From an uncultured Actinomycetes bacterium (GTDB lineage: Bacteria; Actinomycetota; UBA4738; HRBIN12), in contig CAVPIB010000006.1 in the NCBI GenBank assembly GCA_963704885.1, positions 1 to 46,151 of the forward strand: 46,151 nucleotides of DNA, in the 5' to 3' direction. Below the pieces are notes generated by a model. That model saw only the letters and a program-made list of their open reading frames with translations. It did not search any database and was not told where the DNA came from. Shown here in pieces: positions 1-9,308 of this stretch. The translations under genes were made by a program, and so were the position numbers. The first letter of the stretch is position 1, and each line of letters starts with the position of its first letter.

Positions 1-861
1 TCGCCTTATCCCGGCTGAAATGGATGACGTCACCGGCCGCGCGGGCCAGGTCCAGGACCCGTTGCTCGTCCACCCCTTCGTCCAACTCCAGCACCACGCC
101 GTCCCCGGCAGAGTCGTCCACCAGCCGCACGCCGGGGATCGCGTCGAACCAGTCGGGCTCGGCTGCCGTGACCCCGACCCGGAGACGCCTGCGTTCGCGT
201 GGTGAGCGGAGCTCCTCGATCGTGCCGGCGGCCACGATCCGGCCGTGGTCGATGAGCACCACGCGGTCGCAGAGACGTTCGACCAGTTCGAGCTGATGAC
301 TGGAGAACACGACCGGCACGCCGCGCGTCGCCGTCTCCGCGCGCAACACGCCGGTCAACGCGTCCACCCCCACGGGATCCAGACCGGAGAAGGGCTCGTC
401 CAGGACGAGGACGTCCGGGCGATGCGCCAACGCGGCTGCCAGCTGCACGCGTTGCTGGTTGCCGAGCGACAGGCTCTCGACGCGATCGTTCGCGCGCTCC
501 GCGACGCCTAGGACCTCGATGGTCTCGGCGGCCCGACGCGAAGCGTCGGGCCGAGACAGCCCGTGGAGCCGGGCCGAGATAGACGAAGCTGTTCGAGCAC
601 GCGCATCTTCGGATACAGGCCGCGCTCCTCCGGCATGTATCCGAATCGCCGTCGGGCTTCGGCATCGACCCGTCGCCCCTGCCACCGCACCTCGCCGGCG
701 TCGGCCTCCAACACGCCGAGGGCGATACGCATGGCGGTGGTCTTCCCAGCGCCGTTCGGTCCGACGAAGCCGACGATCTCGCCCTGCGGCACCGTGAACG
801 AAACACAGTCAAGGGCCAGGACGTCGCCGAACCGCCGCGAGAGGTCGAGCAGCTCGAGCAC
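1..861 (-). CDS. ABC-2 type transporter ATP-binding protein (runs off left edge; frameshifted near 570-590)
   Basis: Walker A GPNGAGKTT and Q-loop region GYMPEERGLYP in ORF 508..861. After two apparent 1-nt insertions near 575-585 another frame continues with LSLGNQQRVQLAAAL..PDVLVLDEPFSGLDP..VVFSSHQLELVERLCD. Confidence 0.9.
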
Positions 862-864
862 GGG

Positions 865-1287
865 CTACAGGATGCGGAACCTGGTCGGCGTCACGCGCAC
901 GGCCACCGAGTAGTCCGCAGCGAAGCTCGCCGGCGTCCACCCGAACCCGTCGATCAAGCGGAGGTACTTGGTTATGTAGGCGGGGATCCGATCGGCGGAG
1001 TGCGCCGAGGGATCGAGCGATGCCGTCCCTTCGATGGTCATGGCGTCCTCGGCGTCTTCGGCACCGACGGGGTGCAGCGAGACGAGGCTATGGGTGGCTA
1101 TGTTCGCGAGCTTCGGTCGGCCCGGTTGGCTGAAGAACAGGAACGTGTCGCCGTCCCACTGGTACCAGATAGGTGTCGTCTGCGGTTGCCCCGACGGGCT
1201 CACCGTCGTCAACCAGACCACGAGGCCAGACCGGAGCCGTCTGTCGACCTCCGCGTGTCCCGGGTCGTTCAGGTCAAGCGCGTCCAT
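865..1287 (-). CDS. PPOX-class putative F420-dependent oxidoreductase
   Basis: 140 aa; VWLTTVSPSGQPQTTPIWYQWDG, PGRPKLANIA and VRVTPTRFR are typical of split beta-barrel PPOX/F420 enzymes. Confidence 0.85.
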   Translation of the reverse strand: MDALDLNDPGHAEVDRRLRSGLVVWLTTVSPSGQPQTTPIWYQWDGDTFLFFSQPGRPKLANIATHSLVSLHPVGAEDAEDAMTIEGTASLDPSAHSADRIPAYITKYLRLIDGFGWTPASFAADYSVAVRVTPTRFRIL

Positions 1288-1294
1288 AGGATGC

Positions 1295-1300
1295 AGCCTA
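1295..1300 (-). promoter_or_regulatory. -10 box TAGGCT, probable leaderless transcript
   Basis: TAGGCT-7 nt-ATG(1287), with no SD. Confidence 0.6.
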
Positions 1301-1356
1301 TCGCCGGCGGCTGCACCTCACCGCGGCGACGCCGAGCTTCCCCATGAGGGCGAGCC

Positions 1357-1965
1357 CTACTGGGAGTCATCCGATGGAGGGTTCGCGACTCCGACCGCGT
1401 GACCGACCCAGTCATCGCGCGCGAGCGCATCCAGGAGCGCAGCCGCGTAGTCGGCCCGGGAGATGGCTCGACCCGGCGCACGCCCGTCGATGACGGCGTC
1501 GTAGGCGGACCCCGGATCGTCGTTGAGGATCGGCGCCGCCACCACCGTCCACGCGAGCGCGCTGCCCCTCAGGATCGCCATGTCGCGCCGGTGCTCCGCG
1601 ACCACGTTCGCGTAGTCGCCCGTGACCTCCCGCTCGGAGAACACCATGGAGTTGGCGGCGATCGCCAACCGATGCGGACCGGTGCGCTCCATGACCCCGA
1701 CGATCGTCCGTGTAGCGTCGGATATCTCGTTGGTGGTCACGCCGGCGATCGGCCCGAGCGCGGAGATCACGGCATCGGCGCCTGTGAGCGCGGCCCAGAT
1801 AGCCTCGGCATCGGAGGGATCGCCTTGATGGACCGAGACCGCGTCCGGGAACCACTGTTGCGACGCGTCGCGCACGAACGCGACCACCTCGAGGCCCCGT
1901 CTCACGGCCTGCGCAACGATTTGGCGGCCAGTCCTGCCGCTCGCGCCGAACACGACTATCCGCAC
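1357..1965 (-). CDS. NAD(P)-binding Rossmann protein (flavin reductase/BVR-B-like, atypical SDR)
   Basis: From GTG 1965: VRIVVFGASGRTG, DAVISALG, WTVV, ISRADYAAALLDAL. Start supported by a -10 box 7 nt upstream. Confidence 0.85.
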   Translation of the reverse strand: MRIVVFGASGRTGRQIVAQAVRRGLEVVAFVRDASQQWFPDAVSVHQGDPSDAEAIWAALTGADAVISALGPIAGVTTNEISDATRTIVGVMERTGPHRLAIAANSMVFSEREVTGDYANVVAEHRRDMAILRGSALAWTVVAAPILNDDPGSAYDAVIDGRAPGRAISRADYAAALLDALARDDWVGHAVGVANPPSDDSQ

Positions 1966-1972
1966 GATCGCG

Positions 1973-1978
1973 AGCGTA
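1973..1978 (-). promoter_or_regulatory. -10 box TACGCT, probable leaderless transcript
   Basis: TACGCT-7 nt-GTG(1965). Confidence 0.55.
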
Positions 1979-2062
1979 CAGCCCCTCCCGCCGCCGCACC
2001 TCGACGCCTCGATGAGCCACCGAGGAGCAGGGAACCGAAACCCCACAGGGATCTCCCCGGCC

Positions 2063-2068
2063 TATCCT
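2063..2068 (+). promoter_or_regulatory. -10 box TATCCT, probable leaderless transcript of moxR operon
   Basis: TATCCT-7 nt-ATG(2076). Confidence 0.6.
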
Positions 2069-2075
2069 TCTGCGC

Positions 2076-3032
2076 ATGACGGACCCGCAGGCGGCGCGCA
2101 CGTTGGCGATGCAGCTCGGCGAACGCGTCGACGAGCGTCTCTTCGGCATGCAGACGGCGCTCCGACAGGTGATGATCGGCATCGTCACCGGATCGCACGT
2201 GCTGATCGACGACGTTCCCGGCGTTGGCAAGACCACGTTGGTGCGCTTGCTGGCCAACCTCCTCGGGTTGTCGTTCCAGCGGGTGCAGTTCACGCCGGAT
2301 CTCATGCCCACGGACATCACCGGCACGTCTGTGCTCGATCTCCGATCGAACGAGTTCGCGTTCCGCGCAGGGCCGATCTTCACCCAGGTCCTGCTGGCGG
2401 ACGAGATCAACCGCGCCACGCCGAAGACCCAGGCGGCGCTGCTCGAGGCCATGCAGGAGCATCAGGTGACGGTGGACGGCGTGAGCCACCCGCTCCCCGA
2501 ACCGTTCTTCGTGCTCGCCACGCAGAACCCGGTGGAGTTGGAGGGCACGTTCCCGCTCCCCGAGGCGCAGCTGGACCGGTTCCTCCTGCGGGTGCGGATC
2601 GGATACCCGAACGAGGAGCAGGAGGAGCGGATCCTCACCGCCTCGCGGGCGGATCGCGTCTTGCCGACCGAGCCGCTGGCGGGTGTCCCCGCGGTCCGGG
2701 ACCTGCAGGAGCTGGTCGGCGGCGTGGCGCTCGAGCACCCGGTCCGCCGGTACATCGTCTCGCTGGCCCGAGCGACCCGCGATCATCCCGAGCTGGCCGT
2801 GGGCGCGAGCCCTCGCGCGGTGGAGCAGATGGGCGACGCCGCGCGCGCGTGGGCTCTGTTGGACGGCCGGGACTACGTGCTGCCCGACGACGTGAAGGCG
2901 CTCGCCGAACCGGTCTTCGGACACAGGATGGTGCCAACGACCGACGCGCGGATCCGCGATCGCACGTCCGACGAGATCCTCCGCGAGGTCCTGCGCTCGG
3001 TCGCCGTTCCCACGGAGTTCCGAGGAGACTAG
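2076..3032 (+). CDS. moxR: MoxR family AAA+ ATPase
   Basis: PGVGKT, RVQFTPDLMPTDITG, LLADEINRATPKTQAALLEAM, ATQNPVELEGTFPLPEAQLDRF, GASPRA. Confidence 0.95.
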   Translation: MTDPQAARTLAMQLGERVDERLFGMQTALRQVMIGIVTGSHVLIDDVPGVGKTTLVRLLANLLGLSFQRVQFTPDLMPTDITGTSVLDLRSNEFAFRAGPIFTQVLLADEINRATPKTQAALLEAMQEHQVTVDGVSHPLPEPFFVLATQNPVELEGTFPLPEAQLDRFLLRVRIGYPNEEQEERILTASRADRVLPTEPLAGVPAVRDLQELVGGVALEHPVRRYIVSLARATRDHPELAVGASPRAVEQMGDAARAWALLDGRDYVLPDDVKALAEPVFGHRMVPTTDARIRDRTSDEILREVLRSVAVPTEFRGD

Positions 3033-3033
3033 G

Positions 3034-4194
3034 ACGGACACGCCGGAACGCCGTCGAGCCGCGCTCGGCGTCGCAGCGTTGGCGGCGCTGCTGGCCACCG
3101 CCTGGGGGCGCACCGCCGTGCTGCTCTGGGCAGCGGCGGTGGTCGCGATCGCCGGTGGGGCGGCGTGGTGGGCCTCCTCGGCCTGGCATCAGGTGAGCGT
3201 GGAAGCTCGGTTCGAACCGCCACGTGCGTTCATCGACGAGCCCACCTTCTTGGTGATCCGGATCGCCAACGCGAAGCGACGTGGACTCCCGATCGTCCGC
3301 GTGACGATCCGCTTGCCCGAGGGATTGGATCCCGAGCCGGACCCATCGCCGACCGAGTTCTACGGACACCGCCGGCGCGTGCGCGTCGACGGCGAAGCCG
3401 AGAGCGTGCTGCGTTTCCCGGTCTACCCCACACGTCGCGGGGAGTTCTGGCTGGATCAGGTGACCGTGGAGCTCGCAGACGCGTTCGAGCTGGCACCGGT
3501 TCGTCGCCAGATCGACGTCGAACGCCCGCTGCTGGTGATGCCGGGTCCGCGCGGAGGCGTTCCGCTCCGGATGCGGCGGTGGCTGCCGTTCGGATCGCCG
3601 GTGCCGGCCGCACGGCTATACGAGGACCGCGAGCATTTCGCCGGCGTGCGCGACTACGAGCCGGGCGACCCCATGCACCACGTTCACTGGCGCCTGTCCG
3701 CCCACGCAGGCCGATTGCAGACCAAGACCTACGAGCCCACTCGCTCCGCCGAGGTCCTCTTCGCGCTCGATCTGTCCGACGGGGAACCGTTCTGGGAGGC
3801 GGCGGACGCCGAGCTCGCCGAGGAGACGATCGGCCTGGCGAGCTATCTGGCGCGCCAGGCGATCCACGCCGGCTGGCGCGCGGGCCTGGTCGCGAACACG
3901 CACCTGCGGCGCGGGCGCGGACCGCTCCGCGTCCCGGCCGCCTCGTCGGCCGGGCAGGAGTCCGTTCTGTTCACGGCTCTCGCGCGGATGCCGAACCAAC
4001 CCACGAACGACCTGGCTCCGGTGCTCCGCGAGGTGGGTCGGCGGCTGACGCGACGAACCACGATCGTGGTGCTGTCGCCCCGTCCCGGACCCGGACTCCG
4101 TCATGAGATGGAGCGACTGCGCCGCAAGGGCTCCGACGTAATCGAGCTCGCGGGCTACCCGGAACAGCCCTACGAGGCCGGGCAGGCCCTGTGA
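3034..4194 (+). CDS. DUF58 domain protein
   Basis: RRGEF, GVRDYEPGDPMHHVHWRLSA and LQTKTYE motifs; follows moxR. ORF track starts at TTG 3079, but SD GAGGAG precedes an in-frame ACG at 3034. Confidence 0.9.
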   Translation, partial: TDTPERRRAALGVAALAALLATAWGRTAVLLWAAAVVAIAGGAAWWASSAWHQVSVEARFEPPRAFIDEPTFLVIRIANAKRRGLPIVRVTIRLPEGLDPEPDPSPTEFYGHRRRVRVDGEAESVLRFPVYPTRRGEFWLDQVTVELADAFELAPVRRQIDVERPLLVMPGPRGGVPLRMRRWLPFGSPVPAARLYEDREHFAGVRDYEPGDPMHHVHWRLSAHAGRLQTKTYEPTRSAEVLFALDLSDGEPFWEAADAELAEETIGLASYLARQAIHAGWRAGLVANTHLRRGRGPLRVPAASSAGQESVLFTALARMPNQPTNDLAPVLREVGRRLTRRTTIVVLSPRPGPGLRHEMERLRRKGSDVIELAGYPEQPYEAGQAL

Positions 4195-5513
4195 TCCGTA
4201 TGCCGGGGACGGGGTCGAGGAACGACGTGGCGGCCGCGGCGCTCGCCGGTGTGGGCGAGGGCGCGGTCCTGTGTCTGCCCGTGCACACGGCGATCACGGG
4301 GGGAGGCAGCCACGCGGCATCCTTCGTGGTGTTCGTGCCGGTGTTCCTGATGGTGTACGCGACCGCGGTCGCGTTGATGAGCAGACATCGCGACGCTCCG
4401 CTCACCGGCGTGTTGATAGCGGGGATCGCGATCGGCGCCGGCGCACTGTTGGAGGGGAACGGGCTGCGGATCGACGGCTTCTCGGTCGTGACCCTCCTCT
4501 TGCTCGGGATGCGCGCGATGTCGCTCGCATATCGCGACTGGAGCGAACCGATCGGAACGGCGTTCCTGGTGGGCGGCCTCGCGATGGGGGCGGAGGCCAT
4601 GATCGGCTCGTCACCGTCGTGGACGTGGGGTCCGCCGCTCGTCGCGCTGGTCCCGATCTTCTTCATGGCGTCGCTCGGGAGCCGGGCGGTCACGGTGTGG
4701 ACGACAGGAGATGCCGGCGAAACCCCCACCGAGGAGCGGACCGCATCGCTCAGAGGCGCGCTCGTAGCCACCGGCTGGATCCCGGTCGCCATGGTCGCGG
4801 CCGTCGGCCTGGGCGTTCGCGATGGCGCACTCGACCTGGTGGGGTCCCTCCTGGCCCCCATCGGCAACGCGCTCGCATCCGCGCTCGTGTTCGCCTTCTC
4901 CCACCTCGCCAGACCGGTCTTCTGGCTGGTCGACCAGCTCGGCATCGACCCGGAGGGCGTTCGCCGCCTGTTCGCACGCCTGCAAACCGGAGCCAACCGC
5001 GCCGGCGAGGAGGCGCAGCAACGGATCGGCCAGCCGTCGCTACTGGGGCGGCTGATCGGGCTGGCGCTGTTCGTGACGATCGTTTGGGCCGCGATCCGGG
5101 TGATGCGCGGGCTGCGTTCGCGATCGACGGCCTCCCCCGCGCTGGGCCAGGCGCGATCGACGGCTGAGGTCGCATCCGCCCCCCTCGTCGAACCGGCGGC
5201 TCCACCGACACGGCGGTCCAGCCGGGAGCCGCCGGCCGACCGCGTGCGTCGCTGGTACGCGGAGACCCTGGGGGCGTTGGAGCGGCGCGGCCTGCCCAAG
5301 GAACCGTCGCTCACGCCGGCGGAGTTCGTGCCCGAGGTGATCTCGGCCTACCCCGATTCGGCCACCTCCTTCCGTGCGCTCACGCGCGCGTACGAGGACG
5401 TGCGATACGGGCGCTTGAACCTCGATCGCTCGGCGCTCCGACGGCTGGACGGCGATCACCGCTCGCTGATGTCGGCCATCCGCCGGCAGCCGCCCCGGGC
5501 AACGGAGCCCTAG
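4191..5513 (+). CDS. Multi-TM membrane protein with C-terminal DUF4129
   Basis: Several hydrophobic segments; C-terminal VRRWY..LERRGLPKEPSLTPAEF..LTRAYEDVRYG; GTGA overlap with the DUF58 gene. Confidence 0.8.
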   Translation: MIRMPGTGSRNDVAAAALAGVGEGAVLCLPVHTAITGGGSHAASFVVFVPVFLMVYATAVALMSRHRDAPLTGVLIAGIAIGAGALLEGNGLRIDGFSVVTLLLLGMRAMSLAYRDWSEPIGTAFLVGGLAMGAEAMIGSSPSWTWGPPLVALVPIFFMASLGSRAVTVWTTGDAGETPTEERTASLRGALVATGWIPVAMVAAVGLGVRDGALDLVGSLLAPIGNALASALVFAFSHLARPVFWLVDQLGIDPEGVRRLFARLQTGANRAGEEAQQRIGQPSLLGRLIGLALFVTIVWAAIRVMRGLRSRSTASPALGQARSTAEVASAPLVEPAAPPTRRSSREPPADRVRRWYAETLGALERRGLPKEPSLTPAEFVPEVISAYPDSATSFRALTRAYEDVRYGRLNLDRSALRRLDGDHRSLMSAIRRQPPRATEP

Positions 5514-5546
5514 CGTGCCGGACCGGTCGTCGTCGGCGGAGCCCGC

Positions 5547-5552
5547 TAGGAT
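5547..5552 (+). promoter_or_regulatory. -10 box TAGGAT (near-leaderless)
   Basis: TAGGAT-9 nt-ATG(5562), with no SD. Confidence 0.45.
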
Positions 5553-5561
5553 TCCTCGCTT

Positions 5562-6584
5562 ATGGGCGACGCGATCATCCGTACGGAGGGACTCTTCAAG
5601 ACCTTCGGGACCGTCGAAGCGCTGAAGGGTGTCGACCTCGAGGTCGACAAGGGGGCGGTGTTCGGTCTTCTCGGTCCCAACGGGGCGGGTAAGACCACTG
5701 CCGTTCGCATCCTTACCACCCTGCTGCAACCGACCAGCGGTCGCGCCGAGGTCGACGGCCTCGACTCGGTGCGTGACGCCGAGGAGCTTCGGTTCCGCAT
5801 CGGCCTCGCTGGCCAGAGCGCAGCCGTGGACGAGAACCTCACTGGCCTGGAGAACCTGCAGCTCGTGGGTCGGCTGTATCACCTGCCCAAGGCGGAGGCG
5901 AGGCGCCGCTCCGTCGAGGTCCTCGAGCGGTTCGACCTGGCGGACGCCGCCGATCGTCCCGCCAAGACCTACTCGGGTGGGATGCGGCGCCGGCTCGATC
6001 TAGCTGCGAGCCTCGTCGGCCGCCCAGACGTGTTGTTCTTGGACGAGCCGACCACGGGGCTCGACCCTCGGAGCCGGCTCGATGTGTGGGCGTTCATCCG
6101 CGAACTCCAGAGCGAGGGGACCACGCTGCTGCTGACGACCCAGTACCTCGAGGAGGCCGACCAGCTGGCCGATCGGATCGCGGTGATGGACGTCGGCACG
6201 ATCATCGCCGAGGGAACGTCCAAGGAGCTGAAGGACCGGATCGGCGGCGAAGTTCTGGAACTGCACGTCGAGAACCGGGCCGATACCGCTAGGGTCGTCG
6301 AGGCGCTGCGGAACATCGGCGCGGGGGAGCCCGTCGTCGATGAAGACCAAGGGCAGATCCGCATCCCGGTCCATCGGGACGGCGCATCGGTCCTGCTCGA
6401 CAGCGTGCGCCGCCTGGACGAAGCCCAGGTCCCGCTCGCCGACATCGCGCTGCACCGCCCGACGCTCGACGACGTGTTCCTCTCGCTGACCGGAAGAGGC
6501 GCCGAGCATGAGCCCGACCCCGAGCTCACGCCGGCCGGGAAGTCGAAGGGCCGGCGCGGGCGACGGGGAGAGGACGCCGCGTGA
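5562..6584 (+). CDS. DrrA-family ABC transporter ATP-binding subunit
   Basis: GPNGAGKTT, YSGGMRRRLDLAASL, LFLDEPTTGLDPRSR, LLTTQYLEEADQLAD, PTLDDVFLSLTG. Confidence 0.95.
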   Translation: MGDAIIRTEGLFKTFGTVEALKGVDLEVDKGAVFGLLGPNGAGKTTAVRILTTLLQPTSGRAEVDGLDSVRDAEELRFRIGLAGQSAAVDENLTGLENLQLVGRLYHLPKAEARRRSVEVLERFDLADAADRPAKTYSGGMRRRLDLAASLVGRPDVLFLDEPTTGLDPRSRLDVWAFIRELQSEGTTLLLTTQYLEEADQLADRIAVMDVGTIIAEGTSKELKDRIGGEVLELHVENRADTARVVEALRNIGAGEPVVDEDQGQIRIPVHRDGASVLLDSVRRLDEAQVPLADIALHRPTLDDVFLSLTGRGAEHEPDPELTPAGKSKGRRGRRGEDAA

Positions 6585-7444
6585 GCGCCACCGCCCAACG
6601 CAGCACCGAGCGACGCGCACCGTCCGGGTTGTCGGCCCGGGTCTCGCTCGCGGTGGTCGACGGGCTGTTGGTCGCCCGGCGGAACCTCCTCACCCTGACC
6701 CGGGTGCCAACGGTGTTCATCTTCGAGTTGGTCCAGCCGATCATGTTCGTGCTGCTGTTCCGGTTCATCTACGCGAACCAGTTCTCACAGCTGCCCCCAG
6801 GCGTGAAGTACGTCCAGTTCCTGATGCCGGGGATCTTCATCCAGAACGCGCTCTTCGGGTCGACCTCGACAGCCATCGGGCTCGCCGACGACATGAAGGC
6901 GGGCATCATCGACCGGTTCCGGTCTTTGCCCATGGCGCGCTCTGCGGTCCTGGCGGGAAGGACCACCTCCGACCTGATGAAGAACTTCGTCCTGCTCGTG
7001 ATCGTGATCGCGATCGGGTACCTCGTGGGCTTCAAGTTCGAGAACGGGCTGATCAACGCGCTCGGCGTCGTCGTCTTGGTGCTGACGGTCGGGTTCACGT
7101 TCTCCTGGATCTCCGCTTGCATCGCCCTCTCGCTGAAGAAGGTGGAGGCCGTCCAGGCCGCGTCGTTCACGTGGATCTTCCCGGTGGTGTTCGTCAGCTC
7201 CGCCTTCGTGCCCGTCACGGGGATGTCCCCCTTGCTGCAGACGATCGCCCGGCACAACCCGGTCACGATCTGGTGCAACCTGGCGCGCTACCTGTCGAAC
7301 GGGCCCATCGGCATCGTCGACTTCGAGACCCGCCTGCCGGTCGACACGTTCGAGGGCCTGCTGATCAAGTCGGTGGTGTGGATCGTGGTGCTGCTCGCGA
7401 TCTTCGTTCCGCTGGCGATCCGCCTCTACCGCAAGCTCACGTAG
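6581..7444 (+). CDS. DrrB-family ABC-2 permease
   Basis: QPIMFVLLF, YVQFLMPGI, DRFRSLPMARSAVLAGR, NPVT; coupled to the ATPase gene. Confidence 0.93.
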   Translation: MSATAQRSTERRAPSGLSARVSLAVVDGLLVARRNLLTLTRVPTVFIFELVQPIMFVLLFRFIYANQFSQLPPGVKYVQFLMPGIFIQNALFGSTSTAIGLADDMKAGIIDRFRSLPMARSAVLAGRTTSDLMKNFVLLVIVIAIGYLVGFKFENGLINALGVVVLVLTVGFTFSWISACIALSLKKVEAVQAASFTWIFPVVFVSSAFVPVTGMSPLLQTIARHNPVTIWCNLARYLSNGPIGIVDFETRLPVDTFEGLLIKSVVWIVVLLAIFVPLAIRLYRKLT

Positions 7445-7494
7445 GGCGAACCGACGGCCTCAGTCCGGCCGCCCGACGTGCCGACATTTCCTGT

Positions 7495-7633
7495 ATGGCC
7501 ATGCAGGAGCGGGTCTGCCCGGAGTGCGGCGCGATCAACCAGGCGAGCGCCGACGTCCTGCTGGCGCTGCCTGGAGGGTCTCCACGAGACCCAGCCCGAG
7601 CCTCAACCCGTGCCGGACCCCCTCACCGGATAG
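7495..7633 (+). CDS. Small zinc-ribbon protein (~45 aa, one apparent extra C near 7557)
   Basis: Removing one C gives MAMQERVCPECGAINQASADVCWRCLEGLHETQPEPQPVPDPLTG* with CxxC-x10-CxxC. Confidence 0.55.
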
Positions 7634-7724
7634 GCCTTTTCGGGAAGAGATGTCTCGTACGCTGGGTTGCATCTGACTGCGCCCGCAGCGGTGCAGCGCG
7701 TCCGGGATCGAGAAGGGAACCAGG

Positions 7725-9308
7725 TTGGGTCTGTTCGGTTTCGAGGGAGACAACGCACGCGAGAAGGTCATCGTGCTGCTGACCATGTGTTTCGCGTTGG
7801 CCATGGCCATGCTCGACAACACGGTCGTGAACGTGGCCCTGCCGAACATCAGCGAGACGCTAGGCACCGGAGTCTCAGGCCTGCAATGGATCGTGGACGG
7901 TTACGTGCTGGCGTTCGCATCCCTGCTGCTGACGGGCGGCATCCTGGGCGACCGCTACGGGCGCAAGAAGATGTTCCTGACGGGACTGTCCATCTTCACC
8001 CTGGCATCCCTTGGTTGCGGCCTCTCCTCGAGCACCGGCATGTTGATCGCGTTCCGCGCGCTCCAGGGTGTGGGCGCGGCGCTCCTGATGCCCGGAACGC
8101 TCTCGATCATCACGGTGACGTTCCCACCTCACGAGCGCGCGAAGGCGATCGGGTTGTGGGCCGGGATGTCCGGGCTGGCGCTTGCGCTCGGACCGACCGT
8201 CGGGGGGCTGATGGTCGAGCGCCTGGGTTGGCAGTCGATCTTCTTCCTGAACGTGCCGATCGGGATCATGGCGTTCCTGGTCGCCACCCGGACCGTGCGC
8301 GAGTCGGTCTCCGAAGAGGAACGGCAGCTCGACATCCCTGGGTTGGTCCTGGGAACGTCCGCGCTGTTCAGCCTCACCTATGCCTTGATCGAGGCGAACC
8401 AGAAGGGGTGGACCGATCCGCTGATCGTCTCGACGCTCGTGGGCGGCGCGTTGCTGGTCGCGGCGCTCCTCTTCTGGGAGTTCCGCAGCCCACACGCGAT
8501 GATGCCGCTCCGCTTCTTCAAGATCCCGGCCTTCTCGGCCGGCAACACGGTGGCCTTCGCAGTCTCGCTCGGCATGTTCGCGACTTTCTTCTTCCTGTCG
8601 CTATACATGCAGCTGATCCGCGGCTACACGCCGTTCCAGGCGGGCGCGAGGTTCCTGCCGATGACGCTGATGATCATCGTGACGGCTCCCCTGGCGGGGA
8701 AGTACGCATCGAAACACGGCTCGCGGGCACCCATGACCTACGGCCTGCTCCTCGGGGGCGGTGGGCTGCTGTTCTTCGGGACCCAACTCCAGGTCGACAC
8801 CCCGTACTGGATGATGATGCCGGTCTTCATCATCATGGGACACGGCATGGCGTCGGTGATGGCGCCGATGACGGCCGCAGTGATGAACTCGGTCGGGCCG
8901 CAACGCGCCGGCTTGGGCTCGGCCATGACGAACACCAGCCGGGAGGTGGGCGGCGTCTTCGGCATCGCGCTGCTCGGGACCGTGCTCACGACCAAGCTCA
9001 AGGCGACGCTGACGCCCACGCTCGCGGGCCTGGGACTGTCCAACGCCCAGCAGAGCGCTATCGCGGCCGCGGGCAGCCACGGCACGCTCGACCCGTCGGT
9101 CCTGCAAGGCCTGACTACCGCGCAGATCGGTCAGGTCACGGCGGCGTTCGATCAGGCGTTCATGGACGGGTTCCACGTGGCTCTGTTCATCGGAGGGATG
9201 GTGCTCGTGATCGCCGCGATCGTCGCGTACCGGTTCATCCCGGGACGGCACACCGAGCACGTCTTGGCGCCGGGCGAGCATCCGGCGGCGGTCTCGGTCG
9301 AGGCCTAG
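7725..9308 (+). CDS. MFS transporter, DHA2 (EmrB/QacA) family
   Basis: LDNTVVNVALP, LQWIVDGYVLAFASLLL, GDRYGRKK, WQSIFFLNVPIG; about 14 TM. Confidence 0.93.
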   Translation: MGLFGFEGDNAREKVIVLLTMCFALAMAMLDNTVVNVALPNISETLGTGVSGLQWIVDGYVLAFASLLLTGGILGDRYGRKKMFLTGLSIFTLASLGCGLSSSTGMLIAFRALQGVGAALLMPGTLSIITVTFPPHERAKAIGLWAGMSGLALALGPTVGGLMVERLGWQSIFFLNVPIGIMAFLVATRTVRESVSEEERQLDIPGLVLGTSALFSLTYALIEANQKGWTDPLIVSTLVGGALLVAALLFWEFRSPHAMMPLRFFKIPAFSAGNTVAFAVSLGMFATFFFLSLYMQLIRGYTPFQAGARFLPMTLMIIVTAPLAGKYASKHGSRAPMTYGLLLGGGGLLFFGTQLQVDTPYWMMMPVFIIMGHGMASVMAPMTAAVMNSVGPQRAGLGSAMTNTSREVGGVFGIALLGTVLTTKLKATLTPTLAGLGLSNAQQSAIAAAGSHGTLDPSVLQGLTTAQIGQVTAAFDQAFMDGFHVALFIGGMVLVIAAIVAYRFIPGRHTEHVLAPGEHPAAVSVEA

